Shown piece after piece: positions 26,596 to 40,204 of a DNA stretch of 62,831 bases. The notes under the pieces are model-generated. The model saw only the letters and a list, made by a program, of their open reading frames with translations, was not told the origin of the DNA and made no database searches. The DNA is taken from assembly GCF_001194135.2 (NCBI RefSeq), contig NC_068982.1, forward strand, positions 39,735,424-39,798,254. Direction: 5' to 3'. Positions within the stretch are counted from its first letter, which is position 1. Each line of letters starts with the position of its first letter. The DNA comes from Octopus bimaculoides (taxonomy: Eukaryota). A program made the translations under genes and the position numbers.

Positions 26596-26825
26596 GATGG
26601 TGAGCTGGTGAAATCATTAACGTGTCAGACAAAAGATTCTTGGTAACATTTTTTTTCCGGTCACATTTTCGTCTTCAGCGTCTTTTCCGTCGAGGTTGAC
26701 TTTGCTTTTATCCATTTAGAACAGAAAAAAATAAGTACATATTGAGTACTAAAACCGATGTGAAAAACGACCTGTTCACATCAAAATTGCTTACTTTGTG
26801 TCAAAATTAGAAAAGGATATTATTA
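26596..26825 (+). mobile_element. Diverged family A SINE
   Basis: GATGGTGAGCTGG..CCGTCGAGGTTGACTTTGCTTTT..AAGTAC..GAGTACT..TCAAAATTAGAA, then an (ATT) tail. Confidence 0.6.
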
Positions 26826-27611
26826 ACATTTTTGCAGTGATGATTGGGTAGCGTGGAGGAAAATACTGTAAAGTATTACATATTTTTCTGTTCTCAATTC
26901 AGAAATGCACCTTCATATCTCTAGCCTCAAAATAAATACGAAACAAGCAGAAGTTAACAATTACTCGATGATGTACCTCACAAAAATGTTTGCAACTTCC
27001 TGCTTAACATTATTGTGATTAATCGCAATTAAAATATTCATTGAAATAATGGGACATGTTTAATAAAAAACAAAAATCCCCATATCTTATTGAGATGCTA
27101 TAGCCTTCCTACGGCTTTACATATAACAATATATACATATTAGCAGTCGTAGTGATGACGCTTGGAGGTCAGATAATGCTTGACTTGTTCGCTCAGTAGC
27201 TGTCATGTTCGATATTAAAAGTAGGTATTTTTCATCAGTAAAACTGAAGGCAACGCATCTTCATTATCAAGAAGTAGATTTGCTGCAGGCGGTCGTGATG
27301 AAATATACGGAATAGTTCTGTTATTGCTTTCTAAATTTTAGTGGTGTTTTGTTATTCAGGTTGTTTTCTTTTAAAATATTGTAAAGAAGTTTCAATTTTT
27401 TCTTTTGATGTCTTTTAAGTAATTTCTTTTTGTATGGTATTCGTGTGAGATGATAACGATGGTGACGAGGTAAACAAAACTTGTAACGGAATAGTCATGT
27501 CGTTGATATTTATTAATTTATAATAGAGCTTTGTTATTAATGGAGATAGATGATACAGATGCTCGGCATAGAAAACTATTGATTTTATTCTAAATTCTTC
27601 TGAATATTCAA

Positions 27612-27953
<342 letters not shown>

Positions 27954-28454
27954 CATTTTCCCTGACAAAACGTGTTAAAGATAGCACATGTTCAATTTAC
28001 AATTTGATCAATTTATTTCTAAGAATTGGATGTTTATTTTTGTTTCGTGTCTTCAGCTGCTGTATATATATATAAAAAACAAAAGGTGATACGATTGCTT
28101 TTTGTGAATTTGGTTTGTCAAAAGGTGAGTGAAGGCTTTTTTGAACATGGATTTTTTTTTCCATGTTTACGTTTCTTGCATGTGGTTACAAAACATAAAC
28201 AACTTCCCTCTGATAAAAGAGAGAAGCAGCTACATACAAAAAGAGCAGAATAAAAAAATTAACAAGAATATTTTACAGTAAGACACTTTCGAAGGATTTT
28301 TTGGACAATGACATTAGCGTATACAAGACTAGTAAGGCGTTTCATCAGGAGCAGCAGCAACAACAAAAGCAGCAACAATAGTACTTACATATACACACAT
28401 ATATTTCCCAAACAGAAATACTGTAAATGGCTTTAATAGCAATGGAAACAGTTG

Positions 28455-28510
28455 TGCTGATATTATTGGTCTCCTCTATGTTTAGCCCCCTGTGGGCAAT
28501 AAAGAAATGA
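28455..28510 (+). mobile_element. Isolated 3'-terminal remnant resembling the Tx1 element tail
   Basis: TCTCCTCTATGTTTAGCCCCCTGTGGGCAATAAAGAAA resembles the reverse complement of 58207-58255 (CCCCTCTGTGTGCAGCCCTGTGTGGCTAATAAAAGAAA). Confidence 0.45.
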
Positions 28511-28760
28511 TATTGGTCAGAAGAAGGCATTTGTAATGCAACGGATCGCGGCATTTGTAATGCAACAGATCACGGCATTACGTCATAAAATACTGTGATA
28601 CGATACTTGTTGGAGGATTTTGTACATAAATTAGCAAGGAGAAAAATTACCTACCTTTTACTCTAGAAAAACGATAGTGCTTTTAATGTGCCTTCAAATG
28701 AGCAGCGAAAGGAAGCCCTCTGTGATATATTATTATTATTGTTATTATTATTATTATTTA

Positions 28761-28965
28761 GGTGGCCAGCTGGCAGAATCGTTAGCGTGCTGGACGAAAT
28801 GATTAGCGGTATTTCATCCGTAGCTACGTTCTGAGATCAAATTCCGCCGAGGTCAACTTGGCCTTTCGGGGTCGATAAATTAAGTACCAGTTGCGTACAG
28901 TTGTCGATCTAATCGATTGGCCCCCTCCTTCAAAATGTCGGGCTCTTATACCCAGAGTAGAAAAT
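28761..28965 (+). mobile_element. tRNA-derived SINE, family A
   Basis: GGTGGCCAGCTGGCAGAATCGTTAGC (A-box), GAGATCAAATTCC (B-box-like), GGGGTCGATAAATTAAGTACCAGTTG core, and a (TAT)n tail. Confidence 0.9.
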
Positions 28966-29000
28966 ATTATTATTATTATTATTACTATTATTATTATTTA

Positions 29001-29340
29001 GGTGGCGAGCTGATTCTTAGAGGCATTTCTTTAACTTTACTTTCTGGAGATCGATGTAATCGACTTCCTCCCCAATTTACTAGCACCGTATCAAAACTTG
29101 GAACCATTATTATTGTTGTTGTTGTTGTCATTGTTGCTAACGCAGTGCGCGATTAGCACACCGCACAAAATCCTTAATGGAATTTCATCTGTCCTTACGT
29201 TCTGGGTTCAATCTCTGAGATATCGACTTTGTCTTTTATACTTTTATACTTTTATACCATTTGATCACTGGGATCGATGTAATAGACTTAACTTACCCCT
29301 AACTTATAGGCCGTGTACCGAAATTTGAGAGAAATTTTGT
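29001..29340 (+). mobile_element. Further tandem, truncated or diverged family A SINE pieces
   Basis: Head GGTGGCGAGCTG at 29001, GATCGATGTAATCGAC at ~29049, and a diverged copy at 29140-29330. Confidence 0.6.
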
Positions 29341-31360
29341 TGTTTGTGTTGCTGGTTTTATTTTGGGGAATTATCTTCCTTTGCCCTTCAAGCATCCATT
29401 CAGGTGTTGGAATAATAGTTCATTGAATGATACCTTCATTTATCAATCAAAATTCAGGTATCTGGCCAATATCAGGGTCTCGCTTTCCTTCAGTGCTTAA
29501 TGTGTTCATCAATAAGTTACCTACTATGGTGAGCCATGCTTGCAGTTCTACTACATTTCTTTTCATTTCCCGTCTGGATCTATTCTGATTTTTTTAACGA
29601 TGCTAAATATATCGGTTCCATATTTCCTGCCATTATACTTGAATTTCTGATGCGTTATAATTTTCTATGTATATTTTTTGGCCTTTGAATAAAATATTTT
29701 GTTTCCTTGAAGCATCTTTTACTGCATACGCTTGCTGATACGTTTTATTCAATTGTTTTCATTTTTTCATGATATTATATGTTGTTTTCATTTGGATTTC
29801 TTTTCTTCTTCTTTTTATGTGTGGACCGCGCATTTCCATTTGGCAAACAAGGTAAGTCTTCCTTAAGTTTTCAATTTTATGTGTTGCATTTTATTTCCTG
29901 GTAGCATATATATATATTCTGCTTGTGAGGTGTGAGTTTGGTTGAGTGTGTGACACGATCAGAATCAAGCCCCTTTTTCCTCCTCACTGTTAGTGCATCC
30001 GGTAATATACATCATTCTGTTTGTTGACATTCGAGTAGTTTGTTCCAGTGTGCAGAATTACTTGTAGCGCTTTACATTCATATACGTTCTTAAAGTAGCT
30101 TGCTTGTACGTAGCAGCTTAAGCAGCTAAATTGATCCAGATCCATCGAATTCTTGTATTGTCTATTGTTTCTGCTCGGTCTTCCATGACATTACCTCGTA
30201 TTGGTCTGTTGTGATACATGTTTTAATCCTGTTCGTTTTCAAATACAAAGTCGTAGAAAATTGAATATTTAGTTGAACTGCTCTATAGTGACTTTATACA
30301 TTTCATTTTATATTTTATTTGCAACTGTTTTAGCTTTGTTCCAGATCTTTGTTTGTGATACTGTGGTGAGTTCCGTTGTATTTTCTGTGTGTATTGCGCA
30401 CTCATTTATTGCGTTTGGCTCTGTTCTGTTGTTGTCTGTGTTCTATGGAGACTTATGTGATGCATCTTTGGTAATTCGTGGTATGATGCTGGTTTCCATA
30501 GGTCGTTTACTGTATGACTAATCCGTTGCTTTGCAATGCTTACATTACATTCTTTTGTGTTCTATCTTCTTAACTTTTTTTATATTGTTATTTTATGTGC
30601 AACGAAACGTTGAATACAATATTTTTTTCTCTACAGCATATGGTTCCTTTTTAATACATATATATTTAATGTAGTGCTGATGTGTAACGTTACACTGCAA
30701 CGTTGTATTCATTGATATAACTTCCTGTTTTAATTTCCATTTTATTTTAGAAGCTAGCAATAATAGATAGGCCTTTATTTTGGATGTCAAGCACATGATA
30801 GGAGACTGTTAGTGAGCTTGGAGTTACATTGCATTCACACCGAACTTACATTAAACTCACATTAATATATCCATCAAACCCGGCCGACAATGTTTTGTTG
30901 CTTATTGATTTAGTCATAGTTAATATTATTAAACAGCGTTGACTTTGTTGTAAGTTCGTTTCTACTATTTGTCGTCAAATGCTCTTTACATTTTTTTGAT
31001 ATTTGCTTCATAGTTTTTGCGTATGTGTACTATTACTTGTATGGTAACCATTTGTAACATCTATAATACGTGTAAGAGTGTATCAAGCGTATGTACTACG
31101 ATCATTTCGTTTTGTTTCTTTGCATTCAATTTCAATCCACTCTGTTTTGCATGACACGCAGATTTATTTTCGAAGATGAAAATTATTTCAAAATAATGTA
31201 ATCAATATGATATAATATAGTCACATGCAATATATACATTAGACTAACTTTGTACTTACTTGTGTACTCAAGAAATTCTTTTATGTTAATTTAGTTTTTT
31301 GTTTCGGTTGTATTCTCGGATATATTCCATTTAAAAAATATCTATACTGTCCACGCTCTT

Positions 31361-31585
31361 GGCGGTGTTGCAAAATCGTCAGGCTCTAATGCTTAGAACT
31401 TCAGACAAAAAGCCTTGCTGTACTTCATCAACTCATTAAGTTCTAGGTTCAAACCTTGTTGAGGCCGGCTTTGCTTTTCATCCCACAGGGATATATAAAA
31501 TAAAACACTAGTGGAGCACTGGAGTCGATGGGATTGACTTGTTCTACCCCGTCAAAATTGCTGGCCTTATGTTCACACTAGAATG
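31361..31585 (+). mobile_element. Diverged family A SINE
   Basis: GGTTCAAACCTTGTTGAGGCCGGCTTTGCTTTTCATCC..GAGCACTGGAGTCGATG..TCAAAATTGCTGGCCTT, followed by a (CAT)n tail. Confidence 0.65.
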
Positions 31586-33509
31586 ATAAAAACAATCATC
31601 ATCATCATCATCATTATTATTAGGAAAGCAGATCGTACAAAAGAAGAGTCCGCTAAGCTACCTTTAACTTCTGATCTATTTTCTCATTTTGCTCAGCAAC
31701 TGTTGCAGTAGTTGGCTATGTCTAAAATACAGCTATAGTTGATGTGGTTTATTTGTTACCTTGAACGTCTGTAATTTAAGTCGTCTGTGTACAAATAACA
31801 TTAGCGTTATGGAAATACCTGAAGGTTGAAGAAAGGATTGTGTATAGGTTCATCAGTTGTGAGACAGAGTAAAAGTGACCTGAGGCTGTTAGGCCTGATT
31901 AAAATGATAGTATTTGGTGAGTTCAGAAATGCAGAGACTATTATATGAAAATTAAACAAGAAAGAAAAAATGTTGCGTCTGTTGACTATTCGTTGAAGAG
32001 TGGAAGTTTGCCAATAATTTGAATAAACCCTCAATTAGATGCAGTCTACAGTCTAGAACGTTTGAGCGCGTGACAGCAGTTATCAACTATTGGTCCTTCT
32101 TCAATCATGTAAAAGGTCATCAGTTAATTGAAGCGAATGTACTTTTCTGTCACTGAAAAGAAAGCTAACTATTGTAATAGATTTTTAGTGGTGCTATAAA
32201 TGTATAATCGGAAACAAATTTTGCTAAAAGTGTTTTCAGAGAGAGACTTGCAGCAATTTTAAAGGATTTAAATGTTGCTCAACGCCCGAGTGGATGAGAT
32301 ACAAGGGTTTTTACTCATATGAGCAGTAATTATGTCTTTGTACCATTTAATGAACTAAGATTTGAATGATCTCATTAGGGAATGATTCTATCTATATCAT
32401 CAGAGAGGGAGTGTATTGTTATTAGGTGATATCTATATTACATGCTAATAACTTTTATATGCAGAAGATTAAAAGGGATAAGGGGTTCATCTAAATAGGA
32501 GCGAGTATTATTGAAACCGACAACTATCTTTGGCATGCTGTTATTATTACGAGTATGTGTGAGACGTAACAGAGATTATTAGCATACGGGAATTGATATA
32601 GCGTAGTTCAAACGCTTTGATATTGGATTTGAGAAACCACAACTGGATGATGACCGTAGGTGAGTAACTTAGTTTAAAATATTTCCTTACCAGATACAGT
32701 CTGATATATCGACTGAAAAGATATTGCTTTTCGCTAAATTTCTCAATGAGAAAGAATTATTTCTAAGCGGTACAAAGGAATAGGGTTTTATTATTGCTTT
32801 CTTTCTTAATTAGATATCTTTGCCAGACGTTTTAGATGTGATTTGAAATGTCAGGTGGCCATTATATTCTTATAAGGAAATAAAACCATTTTTTAAATTT
32901 TCGTTATAAGAAAGGTCCGAGGGAAGTTAATTTTCAGATACATAAATTTTATATACCTTGCGTCTGAGTGCGGCACGATTGAATTTAATGCCTTGGATGT
33001 CTTTTAATTTAAAGTCCAAAAAATAATACAAATTCCTTATATTGACACTTATTCGATCAGTACTGGTATCATGAAATGCAATCTTCTCTGGTGCCGTTTT
33101 TACTCACAATATTTGTGGATGTAAATATATACCATATACTATTTCATCCTTTCCTACTACCGCCCTTCTAAATACAAAAAATATAATATTCTAGCAAAAC
33201 AATTAAGAATCGATGTTGCAGTATTTTTTTCTGTTTAGAGGATGGTATATTTTTTTAAAGATTTGATTTAGGAAATTAAATGAGAACAGGATTTTAAATG
33301 AAAACCATTTAATGAAAACTATTCAATGAAAACATTTAAGTATAAAAATGTCCGTTCCATTGTTTTATTTTATGTCACTAAGATAAATCTATTCTCATGA
33401 TGTTAAAACAATAATTATTTCTGAAATCAGTCATTTATATTTAGTTTACGTCAATGTGTTGGCGACAAAATAAATTTATGTAGTTTCACAGTGTGAATGC
33501 TTCTATAAT

Positions 33510-33680
33510 GGCGCATAGGAGTGGTTGAATGCATTTATCGCAGCATACTGGTAGATTTGTTAGTATTGGATAGAATGATTCGCAGTATTTGTTCTATCTG
33601 CGCTCTGAGTTCGAATTCTGCTAATAACAAATTTGACTTCGATTCTGTCGGAGTCGATAAATAGGATATCAGAACCAAGG
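33510..33680 (+). mobile_element. Old diverged SINE remnant
   Basis: GGCGCATAGGAGTGG head-like start, then GAGTTCGAATTC B-box and GGAGTCGATAAAT core motif. Confidence 0.45.
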
Positions 33681-35202
33681 AAATTGTTAGGAGGTCGGGC
33701 AAGTTTCCGACATGTATTTTTTCCGATTCATCGCAATATGAGAATAGCGTTTGAAACGACACTTGTACGATGCTGTATCAGCCAACGACTTGCGACGATA
33801 CAGCTTTTCGACACTGAAAAATTTTTGATAGCGTGAAGGGGTTGAAGAGGGGAGCTTTACATGTAGTGGCAACTGTTAGTCTTTCTCAAAAAAATCTTAA
33901 TCTTGCCTCAGCCTACCCATTAATATGCTGCTGTATGGTCAACTTTGACCAAAGGAGGCTTAGAACATTAACGTCTTCTGAATGACAGTCAATTGATCAA
34001 GCATAATTTAAATCTTAACAGATAGAACAGAATGTATTGTCCGAACTGACCCCTTTCTGGAGTCTATTCTGTTGGAAGCATTCGAAGCATACTCCTCGTT
34101 TTAAGGATAATTTCTTGCTACCAGTCTCAAAATCTCCGATCATGATCATGGGCATTCAGACGATAGACTAGGATATTTGCCGTATCTTGATGGTTAATAT
34201 CATGTAGCTCAGTGAGATGACGTGCGAAACATCGTGTATTTTTCATATCGTCTGACACTTTGTTGATTCATTTTATTAAAGACAGTTGAAATAAAAATGA
34301 AATATGGCGCCACCTCATTTTTTGCTTATTTATTTATTTAATTATATATTCATACAATTATATCATTATGATTGAATGTGGAACATTTTTCTATGGAGAC
34401 GTAATGAAGTTATATTTATTATATGGTATATTATATAGTGAGTGTTATCTAGCATTGATCTTATACATACTTATATTGTACACCACTTTTATATATTTTA
34501 TAGTCATTGATAAAACTTCATAAGACTCATATTTTAATATGATTATGTTGTCATATTTAAGTCACCAATTTGTAATTATGGCATATTTTGTACCATTAGA
34601 ACATTAATGTACAGCGCATAGAACCTATATATTCCTTTATTTTTATTCTTTCTTCTGACGTACTGAGAGGAGCCAGTTTAAATGAAGCCCCTAGCTTTCT
34701 TAATAAAATAATCAATTTGCATTAAACTTGCTGTAAACGATAACATACTATTTCATTCACAACTATGAGATTTTAAGATATTAATTTTATTTTAATATAA
34801 GCATAGAAAACACCTGAGCGATATTTTGCGCCATAATGTTTTAACAATACATTTTTGTTTGAGACGATCGGTAAATTTGATAGATAATTTATTTACATCA
34901 AACTTCACGTGATACCACTATGTCAGTTCACTAAATCATAGCTTGAAGGTGTTTCTCCTCATGTTTTATTTTAAGGTACAAAATTGATATCCGGCCTTTA
35001 AGTTCTATTTTAGGGGATCCATGTATTAACAGTCAATATCGTCCCATAAAGGTAATCTGTACATGTTATTGACAGCTTCAAATGGCACCTTCTCAGCAGT
35101 ATTACACACCGGACGAGATGTGTTTTCAATGTTCTATATCCTGTCAGCCCACCGCAAGTGTTCCCTATCCGAGTCACGTCAATATCCACCTTCCAGTAGG
35201 TA

Positions 35203-36472
35203 TTAGGTCGCCAAGAATGAAATTTGTAGAAAAGAAAAAATGTTTGCTAATGTTTTATAAATAGAAGGAATAGTTTTATTCATCAAAGTTTGCATCCATA
35301 TTGTAAAAACACTTTTGCCATTTCAGCAGTAGCTTTTCCAGCCCGGCACTGTAAAAGCCTGGCAATCTAGAGTCAATAAAATTTTGAAAGGCCTGTTTCA
35401 CAGCATCGTTAAAATTAATTTCTTTCCTATCAAAAAGTTATCCAAATTCTGAAAGAGGTGCTAGTCAGTGGGGGCAATATCAGGTGAGTATAGTGGATGA
35501 TGGAGAACTTCCAACTCCAAATCCTATAGTTTGTCAATGTCATTTTTGCCATGTGTGGTCTGGCGTTGTCTTGCAATAAAATAGGAGTGGATCTGTTGCC
35601 TAATCTAGGCTCCTTATTTTGTAAGTTTCTGCATCATTTGATCCACTTGGGTGCAGTATACTTCAGCTGTGATTGATGAGCCAGGTTTAATGAAATCGTA
35701 AGGGATCACACCTGCGCCAGACCACCAAACACACACCATCAGCTTCTTTTGATGAATTTTGCTTTTGGCCTGTTTTGGTGGCTTGTCTTTGTCCAGCCAT
35801 TGCGATGAACATTTATGGTTGTTGTATTAATCCATTTCTCATCACATGTTACAATTCGATTCAAAATTGATTCATTTTTGTGACGAGAAAGTAGCATAAT
35901 GCAGGCTTCCAAACGTTGCTGTTTCTGATTTTCATTCAGTTCATGTGGAACGCACTTATCCAACTTTTTCACTTTACCGATTTGAACTAGATGAGTCGAT
36001 ACTGTTTGCTTGCTAGCACCAAACAACAACGATAATGCACGGGCACTTTGAGATGGATCTGACTCGATAGTGGCTTTCAGTTTGACACCTTTGTTTCTGG
36101 TGGACCGAGTTGGTCATTTGTGAGGTCAAAGTTACCAGAACGTAATTTTGCAAACCAATTTGATACTCTCTGCTGTGTAATAACATTAGAATGAAATACT
36201 TCGTTAATATTTCGAGCTGTCTGTGATACTGTATTTCCAAGAAAGCACTCATATTTCAAAACTATGAATTTTCGACTTATCTATCTCTAATCAAAAATAG
36301 CAAAATACGATTTATAAATACCTCATAAAGCGCAAAATGATTTAGAATAAAGAAATAGATGTGTCAGCTTTCTGACAATAAAATGAAGATTGTCAAAATA
36401 TAATGGCGCAAGATGAACAGCTGTCAAAGTTTACCATATACCTTTCTACAAATTTCATACCTGACGACCTAA
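35203..36472 (-). mobile_element. Full-length (1270 bp) decayed mariner (DD34D-type) transposon
   Basis: 30-bp TIRs with 27/30 identity (TTAGGTCGCCAAGAATGAAATTTGTAGAAA) and TA TSDs at 35201-02 and 36473-74. Transposase motifs: TARNINEVF, LDKCVPHEL (WVPHEL-like), VTCDEKWI, QDNARPH, and a C-terminal GLEKLLLKWQKC. Multiple frameshifts and stops. Confidence 0.95.
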
Positions 36473-37424
36473 TATTACAACTCACTTAACTTTAACCGCG
36501 ATCTCAAGTGTGACAATAATCAAATCTTTTCACAGTCAATCGAACGGCTAGATATAAAGCGACATCTTATTGAAATCAAAGTCGAAATCTTGCAGAGGAA
36601 AAGCGATATTCGGTATTGTGGTTCTAAATACACTATGATTTAAACAAAGACGTGATAGTAATTTCTCGGTAGATGAAGTTGTTTGACTTGGGGCTAAACA
36701 AGGACAACGTACCACTTAATTGTATGGTGTTTATCTCTTCAACAAACCACAGCAGTCTCAATTTGAAAACAAAAATGCTTTAGGCGACTTGCTTTTATGT
36801 CTTCAAATCTGTTTGTAGAAAAACTTATCTGCGACAGAAGGACATTATACCTACCGGCAAAATTATCTCCTATTCTAAAGCCAGGGAAACCTAAGATAAG
36901 CAACAAGACAATAGATATTGAAAAATTATTTAGAAGCTAAATAACGATTGTTATGGAATTCCTATTGTTTTCGTATAAAATACTAATGTTGTGTGAAAGA
37001 GAGAATGTCTTTGAATTTGAGTGTGCGTATGTCTGTTGTTTATGTACTTGTCGTTCTGTGTGTAATTATGTGAAAGAGTGAGGCATTGAATATCATATAC
37101 AAAAATTTTTAATTAATCGAAATCTTCTGATCAAATGAAGAAAGAAAACAAAATACCTTGTGGTGATAGTGAGCGATATGCAATGACAAGGACTGTTAAT
37201 TTCAAGAAATTCAAAAACATTTTCTCAAGTTAATATAGATGATTCAGGAAAGAGGATCATTAGATCAGACATGCACAAAACCCACTTTTTACGGATATTT
37301 CGTCTCTGGGCGTCTTTCTTTCTCCGTATCCACTGTATACAGGCCCATACACAAAAATATATGTATTATATTATATCATAATATAACGTGGTTCGTTGAC
37401 AATTTCTTCTTTTCACGTTTCCCT

Positions 37425-37595
37425 TTCACCTCTCCGACGAAGAGCTGTTCTCGAAATCTCAAACTCTCTGTTTTTACCGATCCTTTTACCGAGCGTCAAC
37501 CTATTATATTTCTTGTGCATGTCCCCACGTTCGTTGCTTTTCTTGTTTTTTCAATTTTGATCCATTTCCTGGAATTGTTTATTTATTTGTGTTGA
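37425..37595 (+). repeat. Dispersed repeat with a decayed hammerhead-like core (probable Penelope-type terminal repeat)
   Basis: CCGACGA-A-GAGC-TGT-TCTC-GAAAT, then a T-rich tail with GAGCGTCAAC. Related to 46868-47000. Confidence 0.45.
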
Positions 37596-37600
37596 TTATG

Positions 37601-37631
<31 letters not shown>

Positions 37632-38139
37632 NNNNNNNNNNNNNNNNNNNNNNNNNNNNNNNNNNNNNNNNNNNNNNNNNNNNNNNNNNNNNNNNNNNNN
37701 NNNNNNNNNNNNNNNNNNNNNNNNNNNNNNNNNNNNNNNNNNNNNNNNNNNNNNNNNNNNNNNNNNNNNNNNNNNNNNNNNNNNNNNNNNNNNNNNNNNN
37801 NNNNNNNNNNNNNNNNNNNNNNNNNNNNNNNNNNNNNNNNNNNNNNNNNNNNNNNNNNNNNNNNNNNNNNNNNNNNNNNNNNNNNNNNNNNNNNNNNNNN
37901 NNNNNNNNNNNNNNNNNNNNNNNNNNNNNNNNNNNNNNNNNNNNNNNNNNNNNNNNNNNNNNNNNNNNNNNNNNNNNNNNNNNNNNNNNNNNNNNNNNNN
38001 NNNNNNNNNNNNNNNNNNNNNNNNNNNNNNNNNNNNNNNNNNNNNNNNNNNNNNNNNNNNNNNNNNNNNNNNNNNNNNNNNNNNNNNNNNNNNNNNNNNN
38101 NNNNNTATATATATACATATATATATGTGTGTGTGTTTG

Positions 38140-38172
<33 letters not shown>

Positions 38173-39305
38173 GTCACTCGGAGAGCCACTGTCACTAGCT
38201 ACGCTGATGACACAAACTATCTCAGGCAATAAAGAATCCTGATGATATTGTAAGCCTACAGAATGACCTAAATGCAATATATGAGTGGGCAGAGCAAAAT
38301 AATATGCAGTTCAATGCGGAAACATTTCAAGTACTGCGCTACAAGGCCACAAGTGCCTCCCAACTGGCATACACAGGACCCGGAGGTACTGCAATCCCAG
38401 AACTACAAGCAGTGAGAGACCTGGGCATCAACATGTGTAGTGATGCATCCTTTCACATGCACATTGTCAAGTTGACAGCAAAGTGCAGACAGCTGGCGCG
38501 GTGGATACTGAAGACATTCCGTACAAGGGATCAAAAAGTCATGTTGACTCTATGGAAGACATTTGTCCTGAGCCGCCTAGACTATTGCTCTCAGTTGTGG
38601 TCACCACACAGTGTGAAACGGACAGCACAACTCGAGGCAATTCAGCGGCACTATACAAGAAAGATCCCCACAGTCCAGCAGATGAACTACAGGGAGCGAC
38701 TGAAGGCACTAGGTCTCTACTCCCTGGAACGCAGGCGGGAGAGATATGTAATAATATACATATGGAAAATACTGGAAGGACTGGTGCCATACTTTGGCAT
38801 CAAGTACTACAGGAATTCCCGCACGGGTCGCCACTGCATGGTGCCAAAGGTGCCGTCCACTGCATCTCACATAAGAAGGAGATACTAGAGCAACCTCGGT
38901 TTCAGAGGACCTCATCTCTTCAATGCCCTACCAAAACATTTGAGAGACCTGCAAGACACGGATGTGGAGGTCTTCAAGACAAAACTCGACGCTTTCCTCT
39001 CCACGATACTAGACGAACCNNNNNNNNNNGTGGAGGTCTTCAAGACAAAACTCGACGCTTTCCTCTCCACGATACTAGACGAACCAATGGCTCGAAATGA
39101 GACACAGTTTAGGGCAGAGATGTCAAATTCTCTTGTGCACCAGATGTGCCATCAAAAATCTTGATTGGACTATATCAGGTGCAGGAGAAGAGCCATGCAA
39201 GGAACGTGAAGAGAGCAAAGCATAAAGACAGAAAATCACGGTGGTGCTCTAGCATGACCACAGCCACTTGGCTGAAACCCATAAATAAATAAATAAATAA
39301 ATAAA
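38173..39305 (+). mobile_element. 5'-truncated CR1-group LINE (RT C-terminal half), relatively young
   Basis: SYADDT, LQNDLNAIYEWAEQNNMQFN, VRDLGI, RLDYCSQLWSP, LYSLERRRER, FRGPHLFNALP, FK.KLD.FL. One frameshift near 38218 and one in-frame TAG at 38886. The 3' tail ends in (TAAA)n. Confidence 0.92.
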
Positions 39306-40148
39306 TATATATNNNNNNNNNNNNNNNNNNNNNNNNNNNNNNNNNNNNNNNNNNNNNNNNNNNNNNNNNNNNNNNNNNNNNNNNNNNNNNNNNNNNNNNN
39401 NNNNNNNNNNNNNNNNNNNNNNNNNNNNNNNNNNNNNNNNNNNNNNNNNNNNNNNNNNNNNNNNNNNNNNNNNNNNNNNNNNNNNNNNNNNNNNNNNNNN
39501 NNNNNNNNNNNNNNNNNNNNNNNNNNNNNNNNNNNNNNNNNNNNNNNNNNNNNNNNNNNNNNNNNNNNNNNNNNNNNNNNNNNNNNNNNNNNNNNNNNNN
39601 NNNNNNNNNNNNNNNNNNNNNNNNNNNNNNNNNNNNNNNNNNNNNNNNNNNNNNNNNNNNNNNNNNNNNNNNNNNNNNNNNNNNNNNNNNNNNNNNNNNN
39701 NNNNNNNNNNNNNNNNNNNNNNNNNNNNNNNNNNNNNNNNNNNNNNNNNNNNNNNNNNNNNNNNNNNNNNNNNNNNNNNNNNNNNNNNNNNNNNNNNNNN
39801 NNNNNNNNNNNNNNNNNNNNNNNNNNNNNNNNNNNNNNNNNNNNNNNNNNNNNNNNNNNNNNNNNNNNNNNNNNNNNNNNNNNNNNNNNNNNNNNNNNNN
39901 NNNNNNNNNNNNNNNNNNNNNNNNNNNNNNNNNNNNNNNNNNNNNNNNNNNNNNNNNNNNNNNNNNNNNNNNNNNNNNNNNNNNNNNNNNNNNNNNNNNN
40001 NNNNNNNNNNNNNNNNNNNNNNNNNNNNNNNNNNNNNNNNNNNNNNNNNNNNNNNNNNNNNNNNNNNNNNNNNNNNNNNNNNNNNNNNNNNNNNNNNNNN
40101 NNNNNNNNNNNNNNNNNNNNNNNNNNNNNNATATATATATATATATAT

Positions 40149-40204
<56 letters not shown>

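Noticed and set aside
29400-30800. Strand-asymmetric (A-rich minus strand) stretch with CKHCKATD, suggestive of a LINE ORF1 knuckle
   Set aside because: Stops occur in every frame and there is no second supporting motif.
33990-34160. Minus-strand MIMIGDF (APE GDFN-like) followed by CFEC...FCSIC (piggyBac Cys-rich-like)
   Set aside because: The two hints point to different element classes, are short, and could arise by chance.
38964-39085. Perfect 56-bp duplication flanking a 10-N gap inside the CR1-group LINE
   Set aside because: This is the typical signature of an unmerged contig overlap, so it is an assembly artefact rather than a tandem repeat.
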